64,000 nt of DNA from Rhynchopus sp. YZ270_cl-10. Its lineage: Eukaryota. The notes beneath the pieces were generated by a model. That model had not been told where the DNA came from. It saw nothing but the letters and a program-made list of their open reading frames with translations, and ran no database searches. Both the position numbers and the translations under genes were made by a program. The stretch is from contig OZ037838.1 in assembly GCA_964035575.1 (NCBI GenBank), positions 1,612,001-1,676,000 of the forward strand, given 5' to 3'. This document shows positions 1 to 11,978 of this stretch, piece by piece (the first letter of the stretch is position 1; each line of letters starts with the position of its first letter).

Positions 1-695
1 TCAAATCTGATTCTTGGATAAGACACTGTGGTGGGGAGAAAAATGTGACCACCCCGCACTGCGGGCCTACAACAACAAAAAAGTATTTCTCCTGTTGTGC
101 GCGAAAAATTTTCGCGCGCAGCGCGAAAATTTTTTTTTCTATAATGGTGTGACCTATACAAGGGTAGTGGTATACCTTAGAAGGACCTTAGAAGGACCTT
201 TTTTACACCTTTTTTTTTGGGGGGTGCTAAAATTATTTTGTGTACATCTTTTTGGTGGTTTTTTGTGGCCAGAAATTTTCCCCAGAAATTTTTACCCACA
301 AAAAATCAAAAAAAAAATTTTTTTGATTTCGGTGCACCGGAGCCTGTACGTGCTGTGATGGGGTCACTTTGCGCTCAGAAATGAGTATTTTTGACCTAAA
401 ATGCATGTGTCAGTTTTTACAGGCCATTTTCAGGTTCTGTGTGCAAAATATGGTCAGTACTTGACTTCTGAAGGAAAAGTACAAAAGGAACGTGGGGCAG
501 TTTGCGTAGATGCGAATTTTACACCCCACCATTTGACGGGCGGAGCTCGTAGAACCCAACGAAGAGTGAGAAAAAAGGATACGCCGAAACAATAAAAGTA
601 GCGTACCGTGCGCCTGCGGCGCAAGCTAGTATCCCACCTTCCCATGACATAGTGTCGCAGGCTATCGCCGTCTCGGAACCCTCACTCGGCCCTTT

Positions 696-1316
696 GGTAC
701 TGGGTACTGGGTACTGGGTACTGGGTACTGGGTACTGGGTACTGGGTACTGGGTACTGGGTACTGGGTACTGGGTACTGGGTACTGGGTACTGGGTACTG
801 GGTACTGGGTACTGGGTACTGGGTACTGGGTACTGGGTACTGGGTACTGGGTACTGGGTACTGGGTACTGGGTACTGGGTACTGGGTACTGGGTACTGGG
901 TACTGGGTACTGGGTACTGGGTACTGGGTACTGGGTACTGGGTACTGGGTACTGGGTACTGGGTACTGGGTACTGGGTACTGGGTACTGGGTACTGGGTA
1001 CTGGGTACTGGGTACTGGGTACTGGGTACTGGGTACTGGGTACTGGGTACTGGGTACTGGGTACTGGGTACTGGGTACTGGGTACTGGGTACTGGGTACT
1101 GGGTACTGGGTACTGGGTACTGGGTACTGGGTACTGGGTACTGGGTACTGGGTACTGGGTACTGGGTACTGGGTACTGGGTACTGGGTACTGGGTACTGG
1201 GTACTGGGTACTGGGTACTGGGTACTGGGTACTGGGTACTGGGTACTGGGTACTGGGTACTGGGTACTGGGTACTGGGTACTGGGTACTGGGTACTGGGT
1301 ACTGGGTACTGGGTAC
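696..1316 (+). repeat. Perfect heptamer tandem array (GGGTACT)n, ~88 units
   Basis: Directly visible; the VLGTGYW/PVPSTQY ORFs are by-products of it. Confidence 0.97.
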
Positions 1317-1477
1317 ACAGTTTTTTGATCGAAAACAAGTCCACTCCACCACAGAGAAAGCTCGGGAAAAAGTCACGTTTTCCTTCAGGAAATGCCCTAA
1401 GGAAAACCACCATACCTTAGAAGGACCTTAGAAGGACCTTTTTTACACCTTTTTTTTAGAAAAATCACACCATATAA

Positions 1478-1908
1478 CATGGATGTCCAAAGTACTTGAA
1501 GTATATCAAGTACTTGATCCCCCAAAAAATCCAATACTTGATACTTCAAGTACTTGACACCCTATTTTTTTTTCTAGTACTTTTTTACTTGTTCTCCCTC
1601 TGTCAAGTACTTTTTTCACAAAAAAAAACGTCAAGTACTTGATCAAGTACAAAAAAAAAGTGGGTACTTGATCAAGTACTTGACGTTTTTTTTGCGAAAA
1701 CAAGTACTTGACAGACTCTGCCAGAGGGTAAAAAAGTAAAAAAGTACGAGAAAAAAAAAATAGGGTATCAAGTACTTGATTTATGTCAAGTACTTGATCA
1801 ATCTTCAAGTACTTGACTGTCATTTTGAGAGGAAAAAAAAGGGGGTCAAGTACTTCAAGTACCATAAAAAATCCAAAAAAAGTACTTCAAGTACTTTGGA
1901 CATCCATG
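1478..1908. mobile_element. hAT-like MITE with 26-bp TIR and 6-bp TSD
   Basis: CATGGATGTCCAAAGTACTTGAAGTA at 1478, with its reverse complement ending at 1908. ATATAA flanks both sides (1472-1477, 1909-1914). Interior is filled with TCAAGTACTTGA palindromes. Confidence 0.8.
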
Positions 1909-1968
1909 ATATAAGAAAATTTTGAGATTTAAAAATCAGAAAATCCTGATTTTTCCCGGATTTAAGGA

Positions 1969-2251
1969 CATGCTTGCCCAGTACCCAGTACCCAGTACCC
2001 AGTACCCAGTACCCAGTACCCAGTACCCAGTACCCAGTACCCAGTACCCAGTACCCAGTACCCAGTACCCAGTACCCAGTACCCAGTACCCAGTAACGGG
2101 GAACCACAGGGGGAACCACACGGGAACCAGGGAACCGGTCCCCGGGAACCGGTTCCCTGGTTCCCCCCGTATGGTTCCCGGGAACCGGTTCCCGGTTCCC
2201 CGGTTCCCGGTTCCGAAATGACCGGTTCCCCAAAGTTTCGGTTCCAATATG
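1969..2251. repeat. (CCCAGTA)n array (~17 units, inverse of the 696-1316 array) followed by a GGGAACCGGTTCCC palindrome cluster; probable chimeric TE subterminal repeats
   Basis: CATGCTTGCC then (CCAGTAC)n to ~2096; ACCGGT palindromes 2098-2247, ending ...CCAATATG; no matching TSD found. Confidence 0.7.
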
Positions 2252-3710
2252 AATATTTCCCTTTTTTTTATCTAGCTTTATTCCTAGCTTGTGTTTGAAG
2301 GAGAAATATCGGTACGGTCGCCACATCCTTCCAACAGGAGGATTGTATCAACGAAACAACTTTGCTTACCTACTGATCCTACTATGTTGCTTTTTTGCTT
2401 TCCGTGCTGATAGGGGCATCTATCAGTATTGTGTTTTTTTTAAGCCTTTAGACCCGAAGCCAGATTTTCGACCCACTTTTGTGTTTTGGTTTTTGGGGCT
2501 CTCCAACCGGTAAAGAAACCCCAGATGCAAATTTTTGATCGTACCTGGCCGCAATTGAAAGATTTTGAACACAGCTTTCAATGTCTAAAGGATTAACCTT
2601 TTTTTGAACCCACAATCGTGGGGTAAATTGACACTTTACCTTACCAGCAACTATAAACTTTTTTTTTGGGTGTGTTTTTGTCATATTTTTTTTTGCCGCC
2701 AGAACAATGAGTGGTTCATGGCGGTGCACGACACTACATGTCAGTGTGACATGTTACTTTTCTGACATGTCATTATTGGGGTGCGGGGGAGTACGCTTTG
2801 TGAGCGGACATCTGGGGGGATAGAGTGGTGGAAAAAGTAAATAAAAGAAATAATTTGTTTCCCATCACAGACATTTGTTTTGTGGTGATGTTTTTGTTTT
2901 ATTGTATGTGATTTTCATGCAATGCTCAAAGGAAATTGAACACCGTACCCCTACCCCTTCCATTTTTCTGGGGCGGGTTGGAGTAGAGCCACATTTCGCC
3001 GACAGGTCGAGGTGTGTGCGTTTCGCCACAACCTCTCCCTTTTGTCTTTATTGTTTTTATTGTTTCATTGTTTGCGGGGGTGGGGAAACAACAAGAGGGT
3101 AAGGTAGGAGTACGGTTTCTATTTTATTAAGGTGACTAAGCACGAGAGGCTTAGGCTCATCTTATAAACTTTTCTTTATTTTTCTTACCAGCACAAAAAA
3201 GAACATCATGCCATGATGGCCTCTTTGTTAGAAAGGGGACACAAAGCGAAGTGCCGCCGTACCTAGGAACGTCAAGATGGCATTGCGTTCTTGGGTAAGG
3301 GTGGGGGAAGCGAATCTTGGGCGCAGGTAAGGCGCACGAGTCTTACAATTGGTGTGGCTGAAAATCTAAAAACGTATCCTGACAAAGTGACCTTTTTTTT
3401 GGACTCAGCCACACCAATACTGGTTTTTCTTCTTTTTGTGTGCGTCTCGGGTTTGCTACTCGTGCTTTATTATCTTATGTCGTAGATATAAACAACAAAA
3501 AGGCATTTTTTTATTACCCACCTGATAGCCCTCACGTGAACTTGACTCCTGTTTGTCCGATGGTTTCCTTGGCAAAATCGACAAAACAAAGGTCCTTTAA
3601 GGATTGCAAGTTACATCCCTTACTCTCCTCGAGGTACGTCAAGAGTGTCTTCTACCCAAGATGCCACATCACAGCACATTAAACACAGAGGAATACGGAT
3701 AAATAAAACA

Positions 3711-4872
3711 ATGGATGTGACCTTTGTGCTGGAAGAGTCAGGCGTGACTGCGACAGTGGAGGTGCCGTGCGAGGCGGACGTTGCAGCGGCAAAGGAGGTT
3801 GCGTGCACGGCGCTTGCTGTCTCGCCTGCGTCTGTCGAGATGCGCATCGGCACGCAGGTGCTGGAGGGGACGTGCCGTCTGCAGGACACTGCGTTTGATG
3901 CAGGGGTGCAGGTTGTGCTTGCCCGCCGCTTTGCCGACATCAAGTGTCCTGCTGAGTACACTGTAGAGGATGGGATTGATATACATGACGGCGACGCACT
4001 GTTCACTGCGACGCATACGGGAGATGTGTCGCTGTCGCGTTGTGGAACGCTCTGCGTTTTTTGTCCGCACGGGAGTGGGCATGTTGGCGGCTTCGACACA
4101 GAAACCTTCGACACCGTCTTCTCATTTGAAGTGGACAATGAAGTACACAGTCGGCTTGCCATCTCGCAGTGCAAGACACGCTGCTACCTGGCGTGTGGGG
4201 ACTGCCTTCTCGAGGTTGCCCTTCCGGGTGGGGAGGTGGTCCGCAAAGTCGACAGCTCCTCGTACTCAGTGTTCGCGTGTGGCGGTGTTGTTGTCTCCCA
4301 AGGCACAGACGGCGTCTCTGTGTATGACAAATACCTGACGTTGCTCCGCTCTCTCTCGCACAAAGAGTGTGCGGGCTTTGCACTGTCTGACTGTGGTGGG
4401 TGGGTGGTCACCTGCTCCGACAAAGAGAAGAACGCACGTCTGTGGGATGTGAACACGGGTGAAGCTGTGGCATGTGCGGTGGCGGTACGAAGCAGTGGCG
4501 CTTTCACGATGTGCCTCTGTCTTTGCTGTGGCGGGCTCTGGCAACGTGCACCTCTTTGACTGGAGTGGTGCGGCTCTTCGCAGTGCTGATGTAGGTGCGG
4601 ATGTTGGGGACATGCAGTTCACACCATGTGGGAAGTACCTTGTGGTGAGGGTAGGGGTTGAGGAACCTCATGATAACGACAGTGATTGGGTCAGTTACAG
4701 TACATACCTGCACCAGTATGATGTGGCGACCATGTCTTGTGTGCGTGTGATGCCACAATGCACATTCTCCGACTCCGTTTCATTTGCGATATCGCCGTGT
4801 TCACGTGTTGTTGTGGTTACGCAACGACATGGCGTCATTGCGACAAGACATCTGTACCCACACAACAGGTAA
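3711..4872 (+). pseudogene. UBL-beta-propeller family copy 1, frameshifted
   Basis: Starts MDVTFVLEESG; frame changes near 4475 (family motifs continue in the 4459-4872 frame); last codons altered by the insertion at 4869. Confidence 0.85.
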
Positions 4873-7595
4873 ACGTTTTTTAAAAATAGGATGGAGCACC
4901 CCGGTCCGAAAAGGAATGCAGCCACCCCTGGCTTCAGGCTCGCGAACCCAGTATTGCAGTAACACTGGGTCTCACGGGCCAAAAACCGAACAAAGAAAAG
5001 GAAAATGTTTGGGTTCAGCGACAGCGCCAATGGGCTGACGCGAGGCTGAACCAACTTAAAATAAAATAAAAAATCTTGTATCAACTTGAAAAGGAAAAGC
5101 AATGAACAGCAACAGAGCCATTTGGGCTTACGCGTCGCTATAGTAACTGAAAAACAATGTTTTAAAAACAAGAATGTCGTTGACCAAGATTGAAATACAC
5201 GAAAAAGGTAAAATACTAAGAATTGCCTCATATTCCATGGGCATCGTTTCTGATGTTGTAGTTTGTCTGCTGAGTGATCACGCGCCCCCCCTACTAGGGA
5301 GGTCTTAGGTTCATGCTTCGGCTAGCATGTAAAAGCTACCATGTCGCCGAAGTTAGCGGTCCTCGTATTCCATGAGGTCTTTCAGATGTTGTTGTTTGAC
5401 TGCTGAGTGATCACGCGCCCCCCCTACTAGGGAGGTCTTAGGTTCAGGCTTCGGCTTGCACGTAAAGAACTACCATGTAGTCGAAGTTAGCGGTCCTCGT
5501 ATTCCATGAGGCATTTCTGATGATGTTGTTTGTCTGCTGAGTGATCACGCGCCCCCCCTACTAGGGAGGTCTTAGGTTCAGGCTTCGGCTAGCACGTAAA
5601 AGCTACCATGTCGTCGAAGTTAGCGGTCCTCGTATTCCATGAGGTCTTTCAGATGTTGTTGTTTGACTGCTGAGTGATCACGCGCCCCCCCTACTAGGGA
5701 GGTCTTAGGTTCAGGCTTCGGCTAGCACGTAAAAGCTACCATGTCGTCGAAGTTAGCGGTCCTCGTATTCCATGAGGTCTTTCAGATGTTGTTGTTTGAC
5801 TGCTGAGTGATCACGCGCCCCCCCTACTAGGGAGGTCTTAGGTTCATGCTTCGGCTTGCACGTAAAAGCTACCATGTCGTCGAAGTTAGCGGTCCTCGTA
5901 TTCCATGAGGTCTTTCAGATGTTGTTGTTTGACTGCTGAGTGATCACGCGCCCCCCCTACTAGGGAGGTCTTAGGTTCATGCTTCGGCTAGCACGTAAAA
6001 GCTACCATGTCGTCGAAGTTAGCGGTCCTCGTATTCCATGAGGTCTTTCAGATGTTGTTGTTTGACTGCTGAGTGATCACGCGCCCCCCCTACTAGGGAG
6101 GTCTTAGGTTCGGGCTTCGGCTTGCACGTAGAAGCTACCATGTCGCCGAAGTTAGCGGTCCTCGTATTCCATGAGGTCTTTCAAATGTTGTTGTTTGACT
6201 GCTGAGTGATCACGCGCCCCCCCTACTAGGGAGGTCTTAGGTTCATGCTTCGGCTTGCACGTAAAGAACTACCATGTCGCCGAAGTTAGCGGTCCTCGTA
6301 TTCCATGAGGCATTTCTGATGTAGTTTGACTGCTGAGTGATCACGCGCCCCCCCTACTAGGGAGGTCTTAGGTTCATGCTTCGGCTAGCACGTAAAAGCT
6401 ACCATGTCGTCGAAGTTAGCGGTCCTCGTATTCCATGAGGTCTTTCAGATGTTGTTGTTTGACTGCTGAGTGATCACGCGCCCCCCCTACTAGGGAGGTC
6501 TTAGGTTCATGCTTCGGCTAGCACGTAAAAGCTACCATGTCGTCGAAGTTAGCGGTCCTCGTATTCCATGAGGCATTTCTGATGTAGTTTGACTGCTGAG
6601 TGATCACGCGCCCCCCCTACTAGGGAGGTCTTAGGTTCATGCTTCGGCTAGCACGTAAAAGCTACCATGTCGTCGAAGTTAGCGGTCCTCGTATTCCATG
6701 AGGCATTTCTGATGTAGTTTGTCTGCTGAGTGATCACGCGCCCCCCCTACTAGGGAGGTCTTAGGTTCATGCTTCGGCTAGCACGTAAAAGCTACCATGT
6801 CGTCGAAGTTAGCGGTCCTCGTATTCCATGAGGTCTTTCAGATGTTGTTGTTTGACTGCTGAGTGATCACGCGCCCCCCCTACTAGGGAGGTCTTAGGTT
6901 CATGCTTCGGCTTGCACGTAAAGAACTACCATGTCGCCGAAGTTAGCGGTCCTCGTATTCCATGAGGTCTTTCAGATGTTGTTGTTTGACTGCTGAGTGA
7001 TCACGCGCCCCCCCTACTAGGGAGGTCTTAGGTTCATGCTTCGGCTTGCACGTAAAGAACTACCATGTCGCCGAAGTTAGCGGTCCTCGTATTCCATGAG
7101 GTCTTTCAGATGTTGTTGTTTGTCTGCTGAGTGATCACGCGCCCCCCCTACTAGGGAGGTCTTAGGTTCATGCTTCGGCTAGCACGTAAAAGCTACCATG
7201 TCGTCGAAGTTAGCGGTCCTCGTATTCCATGAGGCATTTCTGATGTAGTTTGTCTGCTGAGTGATCACGCGCCCCCCCTACTAGGGAGGTCTTAGGTTCA
7301 TGCTTCGGCTTGCACGTAAAAGCTACCATGTCGTCGAAGTTAGCGGTCCTCGTATTCCATGAGGCATTTCTGATGATGTTGTTTGACTGCTGAGTGATCA
7401 CGCGCCCCCCCTACTAGGGAGGTCTTAGGTTCATGCTTCGGCTAGCACGTAAAAGCTACCATGTCGCGAAGTTAGCGGTCCTCGTATTCCATGAGGCACT
7501 TCAGATGTTGTTCTTCTTTTTCTTCTTGTTCCGAGTCTTTGCCGCAGTCCACTGCGTTGCCCGGGGTCACCTCGTGGAGGTGCTCGGTAAAACCC
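4869..7595 (-). mobile_element. Non-autonomous non-LTR-type (SINE-like) insertion, ~2.7 kb
   Basis: Target duplication CATCTGTACCCACACAACAG at 4849-4868 and 7596-7615; the normal family 3' end (TGAGTGATGTGTGACC) resumes after it; HDV-like fold at the minus-strand 5' end; no ORF and no poly(A). Confidence 0.8.
5230..7510. repeat. ~133-bp tandem array, ~17 copies, internal to the retroelement-like insertion
   Basis: TGAGTGATCACGCGCCCCCCCTACTAGGG recurs at 5271, 5404, 5538, 5671... Confidence 0.95.
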
Positions 7596-7596
7596 C
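7531..7596 (-). ncRNA. Putative HDV-like self-cleaving ribozyme
   Basis: Minus strand reads GGGGUU-UUA-CCGAGC-ACC-UCCACGA-GGU-GACCCC-GG-GCAAC-GCAG UGGA CUGC-GG-CAAA-GACUCGG. P1, P2, P3, L3, P1.1, P4 and a J4/2 C can all be assigned, and it begins at the TSD junction. Confidence 0.72.
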
Positions 7597-8122
7597 ATCT
7601 GTACCCACACAACAGTGAGTGATGTGTGACCAGGGGAGGGGAGGGAGGCTGGTGATGAATGGTCACGCACCAAAAGGTACACTGCCAGGACAAGGTATTG
7701 TATCTCGAGTCACTTCTTCTTGCACTTTCTTTTTACAAGACATGTGCACATTTCTAATGAACGTTCTCAGTATCCACGAGTCGTTTTTTCCTCCCGTGCT
7801 CCCCATCTCTCACGCACATTTCATACACATCAGGAAAATCGTGGTGTGACTGAGAATGTGTGATAATTTTGTGGAAACTAGCGCGTTTGATGACTGTGCG
7901 ATTCGAATGTGATCAAGGTGACTAAGCAGGAGAGGCTTAGGTTCATCTTATAAACTTTTCTTTCTTTTCGCCTGAGCTGGACGTTATGCACAGACACTGC
8001 TTCAAATTGCTTGCTTTGTCAGAGTTTGTTGAAACACGTATTTAACCCACCAACCTTCTTATTTGTCGTTGCGAAGTGACACCACCAACCATCACATCAA
8101 ACACAACAGACCCCTTAACAAT

Positions 8123-9244
8123 ATGATGGATGTGACCTTTGTGCTGGAAGAGTCAGGCGTGACTGCGACAGTGGAGGTGCCGTGCGAGGCGGACGTTGCA
8201 GCGGCAAAGGAGGTTGCGTGCACGGCGCTTGCTGTCTCGCCTGCGTCTGTCGAGATGCGCATCGGCACGCAGGTGCTGGAGGGGACGTGCCGTCTGCAGG
8301 ACACTGCGTTTGATGCAGGGGTGCAGGTTGTGCTTGCCCGCCCTCGCTTGGCCGACATCAAGTGTCCTGCTGAGTACACTGTACCACCGCGTACGGGAGA
8401 CTTTTCGCTGTCGCGTTGTGGAACGCAATGCGTCTATAGTTACGGGAGTGGGCATGTTGGCGGCTTCGACACAGAAACCTTCGACACTGTCTTCGAGTTT
8501 AAAATGGGCAATAATATAGTGCATGGTGCGCCTGCCATCTCGCAGTGCAAGACACGCTGCTACATGGCATGCAAGGAGGAAGGCCTTCTCGAAGTTGCGC
8601 TTCCGGGTGGGGAGGTGGTCCGCAAAGTCGACGGCACCTCGTGCTCAGTGTTTTCCTGTGGCGGTGTTGTTGTCTCGAAGGGAGAAAGTGGCGTCTCTGT
8701 GTATGACGAAGACCTGACGTTGCTCCGCTCTCTCTCGCATGAAATGTGCAATAGAGTGGCAGTGTCTGACTGTGGTGGGTGGGTGATCACCTCCTCCCAC
8801 AAGGAGAACAAGGCACGTCTGTGGGATGTGAACACAGGTGAAGCTGTTGCATGTGTGCCTCTGGGGTGGCGGTACGCAGTGGCGCTTTCACAGTCTGCCT
8901 CTGTCTTTGCTGTGGTGGTGAACGAAAGCGTGCACCTCTATGACTGGAGTGGTGCGGCTCTTCGCAGTATTGCTGTGCACGGGGATATCGAGTACATGCA
9001 GTTCACCCCGTGTGGGAAGTACCTTGTGGTGCGAGTAAAGTTTTCGGATTATGTTGACGATGAAGGTTGGCCTATTTACGATACATACCTGCACCAGTAT
9101 GATGTGGCAACCATGTCCCGTGTGCGTGTGATACCATGCAACAGTTCATGGTTTGCGATATCGCCGTGTTCGCGCGTTGTTGTGGTTATGCAATCAGGTG
9201 ACGTCATTGTGACGAGACATCTGTATCCACACAACAGTGAGTGA
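8123..9244 (+). CDS. UBL-like domain + 7-bladed beta-propeller, copy 2
   Basis: Intact ORF; WD-like motifs RLWDVNTGE, LYDWSG, QFTPCGKYL, AISPCSRV. Confidence 0.85.
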   Translation: MMDVTFVLEESGVTATVEVPCEADVAAAKEVACTALAVSPASVEMRIGTQVLEGTCRLQDTAFDAGVQVVLARPRLADIKCPAEYTVPPRTGDFSLSRCGTQCVYSYGSGHVGGFDTETFDTVFEFKMGNNIVHGAPAISQCKTRCYMACKEEGLLEVALPGGEVVRKVDGTSCSVFSCGGVVVSKGESGVSVYDEDLTLLRSLSHEMCNRVAVSDCGGWVITSSHKENKARLWDVNTGEAVACVPLGWRYAVALSQSASVFAVVVNESVHLYDWSGAALRSIAVHGDIEYMQFTPCGKYLVVRVKFSDYVDDEGWPIYDTYLHQYDVATMSRVRVIPCNSSWFAISPCSRVVVVMQSGDVIVTRHLYPHNSE

Positions 9245-9579
9245 TGTGTGACCAGGGGAGGGAGCGTTTTGATGAATATAGTACCAAAAAAATCCAAGAC
9301 CCTCAAAACACCCCCAAGAAACTCCCCTTTCATCCCTGTTGCTGCTTTTCACTTGTTTTCCTGCCACAAGTCGCCCACCTCACACGCTGCCCATGCGGCA
9401 CTCTCGTGTGGGTGCCAGATCGCGATGCTGAGCTTTATTTTCCTTTCGTCACCTCTCACAACGAGAACCACCACAAACATGCAACACAGAACAACACCTC
9501 TCCTCCACCCACCTCATCACTCCCTCCGTTTGTGGTGGAGCAAACGTGCTTATTTTTACCTTCTCACGAACGCAAAACA

Positions 9580-10457
9580 ATGGATGTGACCTTTGTGCTG
9601 GAAGAGTCAGGCGTGACTGCGACAGTGGAGGTGCCGTGCGAGGCGGACGCTGCAGCGGCAAAGGAGGTTGCGTGCACGGCGCTTGCTGTCTCGCCTGCGT
9701 CTGTCGAGATGCGCATCGGCACGCAGGTGCTGGAGGGGACGTGCCGTCTGCAGGACACTGCGTTTGGTGCAGGGGTGCAGGTTGTGCTTGCCCGCCGCTT
9801 TGCCGACATCAAGTGTCCTGCTGAGTACAATTTCGAGAGGTCGTCTAATAACCCAATGATCTCGCTGTCGCGTTGTGGAACGCTCTGCATCTATGTTTGT
9901 GATACGAATGTTGTTGGCTTCGACACAGAAACCTTTGCCTCTGTCTTTGAGTTCAGCATACCCCATATTGTGAGTCGGTGGCCGGCTGCCATCTCGCAGT
10001 GCAAGACACGCTGCTACCTGGCATGCGAGGAAGGCCTTCTCGAGGTTGCACTTCCGGGTGGGGAGGTGCTCCGCGAAGTCGACGGCTCCCCTTACGCAGT
10101 GTTCGCGTGTGGTAGTGTTGTTGTCTCACGCAGCTTAGACGGCATCTCTGTGTATGACGAAGACCTGACGTTGCTCCGCTTTCTGTCGTACGAAGGGTGC
10201 TATGAGGTGGAACTGTCGGACTGTGGTGGGTGGGTGATCGCTCACTCGAACAAGGAGAAGAACGTACGTCTGTGGGATGTGAACACAGGTGAAGATGTGG
10301 CATGTGTACCGCTGGAGGAGGCGTGGGCGGTGACGATTTCCCGGTCTGCTTCTGTCTTTGCTGTAGAGGTGGAGGTGGGACAGTGCGTGTGCCTCTTTGA
10401 TTGGAGTGGTGCGGCTCTTGGCAGCATTGATGTGGAGGAGTATGTAGACGCAATGCT
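9580..10457 (+). pseudogene. Family copy 3, 3'-truncated
   Basis: Homology stops after SIDVEEYVDAM; last two blades are missing and it runs into the leader of copy 4. Confidence 0.8.
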
Positions 10458-10552
10458 GCGTGTTGATGTGTCAGATCCGAGTGTACATGCAATACAATCA
10501 ACCCACACCTCATCTCCTCCCAACAGAGCTGGAACAAGAAGAAGACAAAACA

Positions 10553-11683
10553 ATGGATGTGACCTTTGTGCTGGAAGAGTCAGGCGTGACTGCGACAGTG
10601 GAGGTGCCGTGCGAGGCGGACGCTGCAGCGGCAAAGGAGGTTGCGTGCACGGCGCTTGCTGTCTCGCCTGCGTCTGTCGAGATGCGCATCGGCACGCAGG
10701 TGCTGGAGGGGACGTGCCGTCTGCAGGACACTGCGTTTGATGCAGGGGTGCAGGTTGTGCTTGCCCGCCGCTTTGCCGATATCAAGTGTCCTGCTGAGTA
10801 CAGTGCAGAGGCGCCACCTGGGAGTTGTCGGAAGCATATTAATCGTTTAACGCTGTCTCCTTGTGGAGCACTCTGCCTCTTTACACAGAATCCAGCTTAT
10901 ACCACCGGATTCGATACTGAAACCTTCAGCACTGCCTTCAGGTTCAAAGTAGACATTGAGATGTCTGGTGCGCCTGCCATCTCACGGTGCAAGACACGCT
11001 GCTACCTGGCGTGTTGGAAAGGTCTGCACGAGGTTGCGCTTCCGGGTGGGGAGGTGCTCCGCAAAGTCGACGGCCCCTCGTTCCAAGTGTTCGCGTGTGG
11101 CGGTGTTGTTGTATCCCAAGGCGAAGACGGGGTCTCTGTGTATGACGAAGACCTGACGTTGCTCCGCTCTCTCTCGCACGAAGGGTGCGGGAAGGTGGCA
11201 GTGTCGGACTGTGGTGGGTGGGTGATCACTTCCTCCTCCAGTGAGAAGAACGCACGTCTGTGGGATGTGAACACAGGTGAAGCTGTGGCATGTGTGCCTG
11301 CGGATGCGAGACACGTTGCGCTTTCACGGTCTGCCTCTGTCTTTGCTGTGGCGAGTTCTGGCAAAGTGCAGCTCTATGACTGGAGTGGTGCGGCTCTTGG
11401 CAGCTTTGCAAAGGAGCAGTATCACGTCTGTGCCGTGCAGTTCACTCCGTGTGGGAAGTACGTCGTTGTTGGGTTTGAGGATGGTGCACCATTTTTTGAT
11501 CCGTTTCGTGAGGAGTACACTCTGCACCAGTATGATGTGGCGACCATGTCTTGTGTGCGTGTGATACAGGACAGCAATGGTGTATTTGCGATATCGCCGT
11601 GTTCACGTGTGCTTGTGTTCAAGGCAGCAGGAGGTGCCGCAGGATGTGGCGCCCTTGTCACAAGGCATCTGTACCCCTACTGA
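10553..11683 (+). CDS. UBL-beta-propeller family copy 4
   Basis: Intact ORF with all family motifs. Confidence 0.85.
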   Translation: MDVTFVLEESGVTATVEVPCEADAAAAKEVACTALAVSPASVEMRIGTQVLEGTCRLQDTAFDAGVQVVLARRFADIKCPAEYSAEAPPGSCRKHINRLTLSPCGALCLFTQNPAYTTGFDTETFSTAFRFKVDIEMSGAPAISRCKTRCYLACWKGLHEVALPGGEVLRKVDGPSFQVFACGGVVVSQGEDGVSVYDEDLTLLRSLSHEGCGKVAVSDCGGWVITSSSSEKNARLWDVNTGEAVACVPADARHVALSRSASVFAVASSGKVQLYDWSGAALGSFAKEQYHVCAVQFTPCGKYVVVGFEDGAPFFDPFREEYTLHQYDVATMSCVRVIQDSNGVFAISPCSRVLVFKAAGGAAGCGALVTRHLYPY

Positions 11684-11978
11684 GTGATGCAGTCCACCCT
11701 GTGTGGGAAGTACCTCCTCGCTGTCGCTGAGTACTGCGGTGTGTTGCGATCGTGCGTTGCATCAGTATTTGCGTTGCACCCTCGACCTACTAGCCTGTGA
11801 GGGAATTCACTTTGAGACATTTTGAGAATACGACACACCACCCTATTCCTTTCTCTTTCACTTTTGCCTTGTTTAAACCCTCGAAACTACAGACACAATG
11901 GAAATGTCTAAATACCCAAAACAAAGCAACCCACACACCTCCTCCCCAACAGAAGTGGAACAAGAAGAAGACAAAACA

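Noticed and set aside
519..1431. Long PVPSTQY/VLGTGYW ORFs
   Set aside because: Artefacts of a stop-free heptamer repeat
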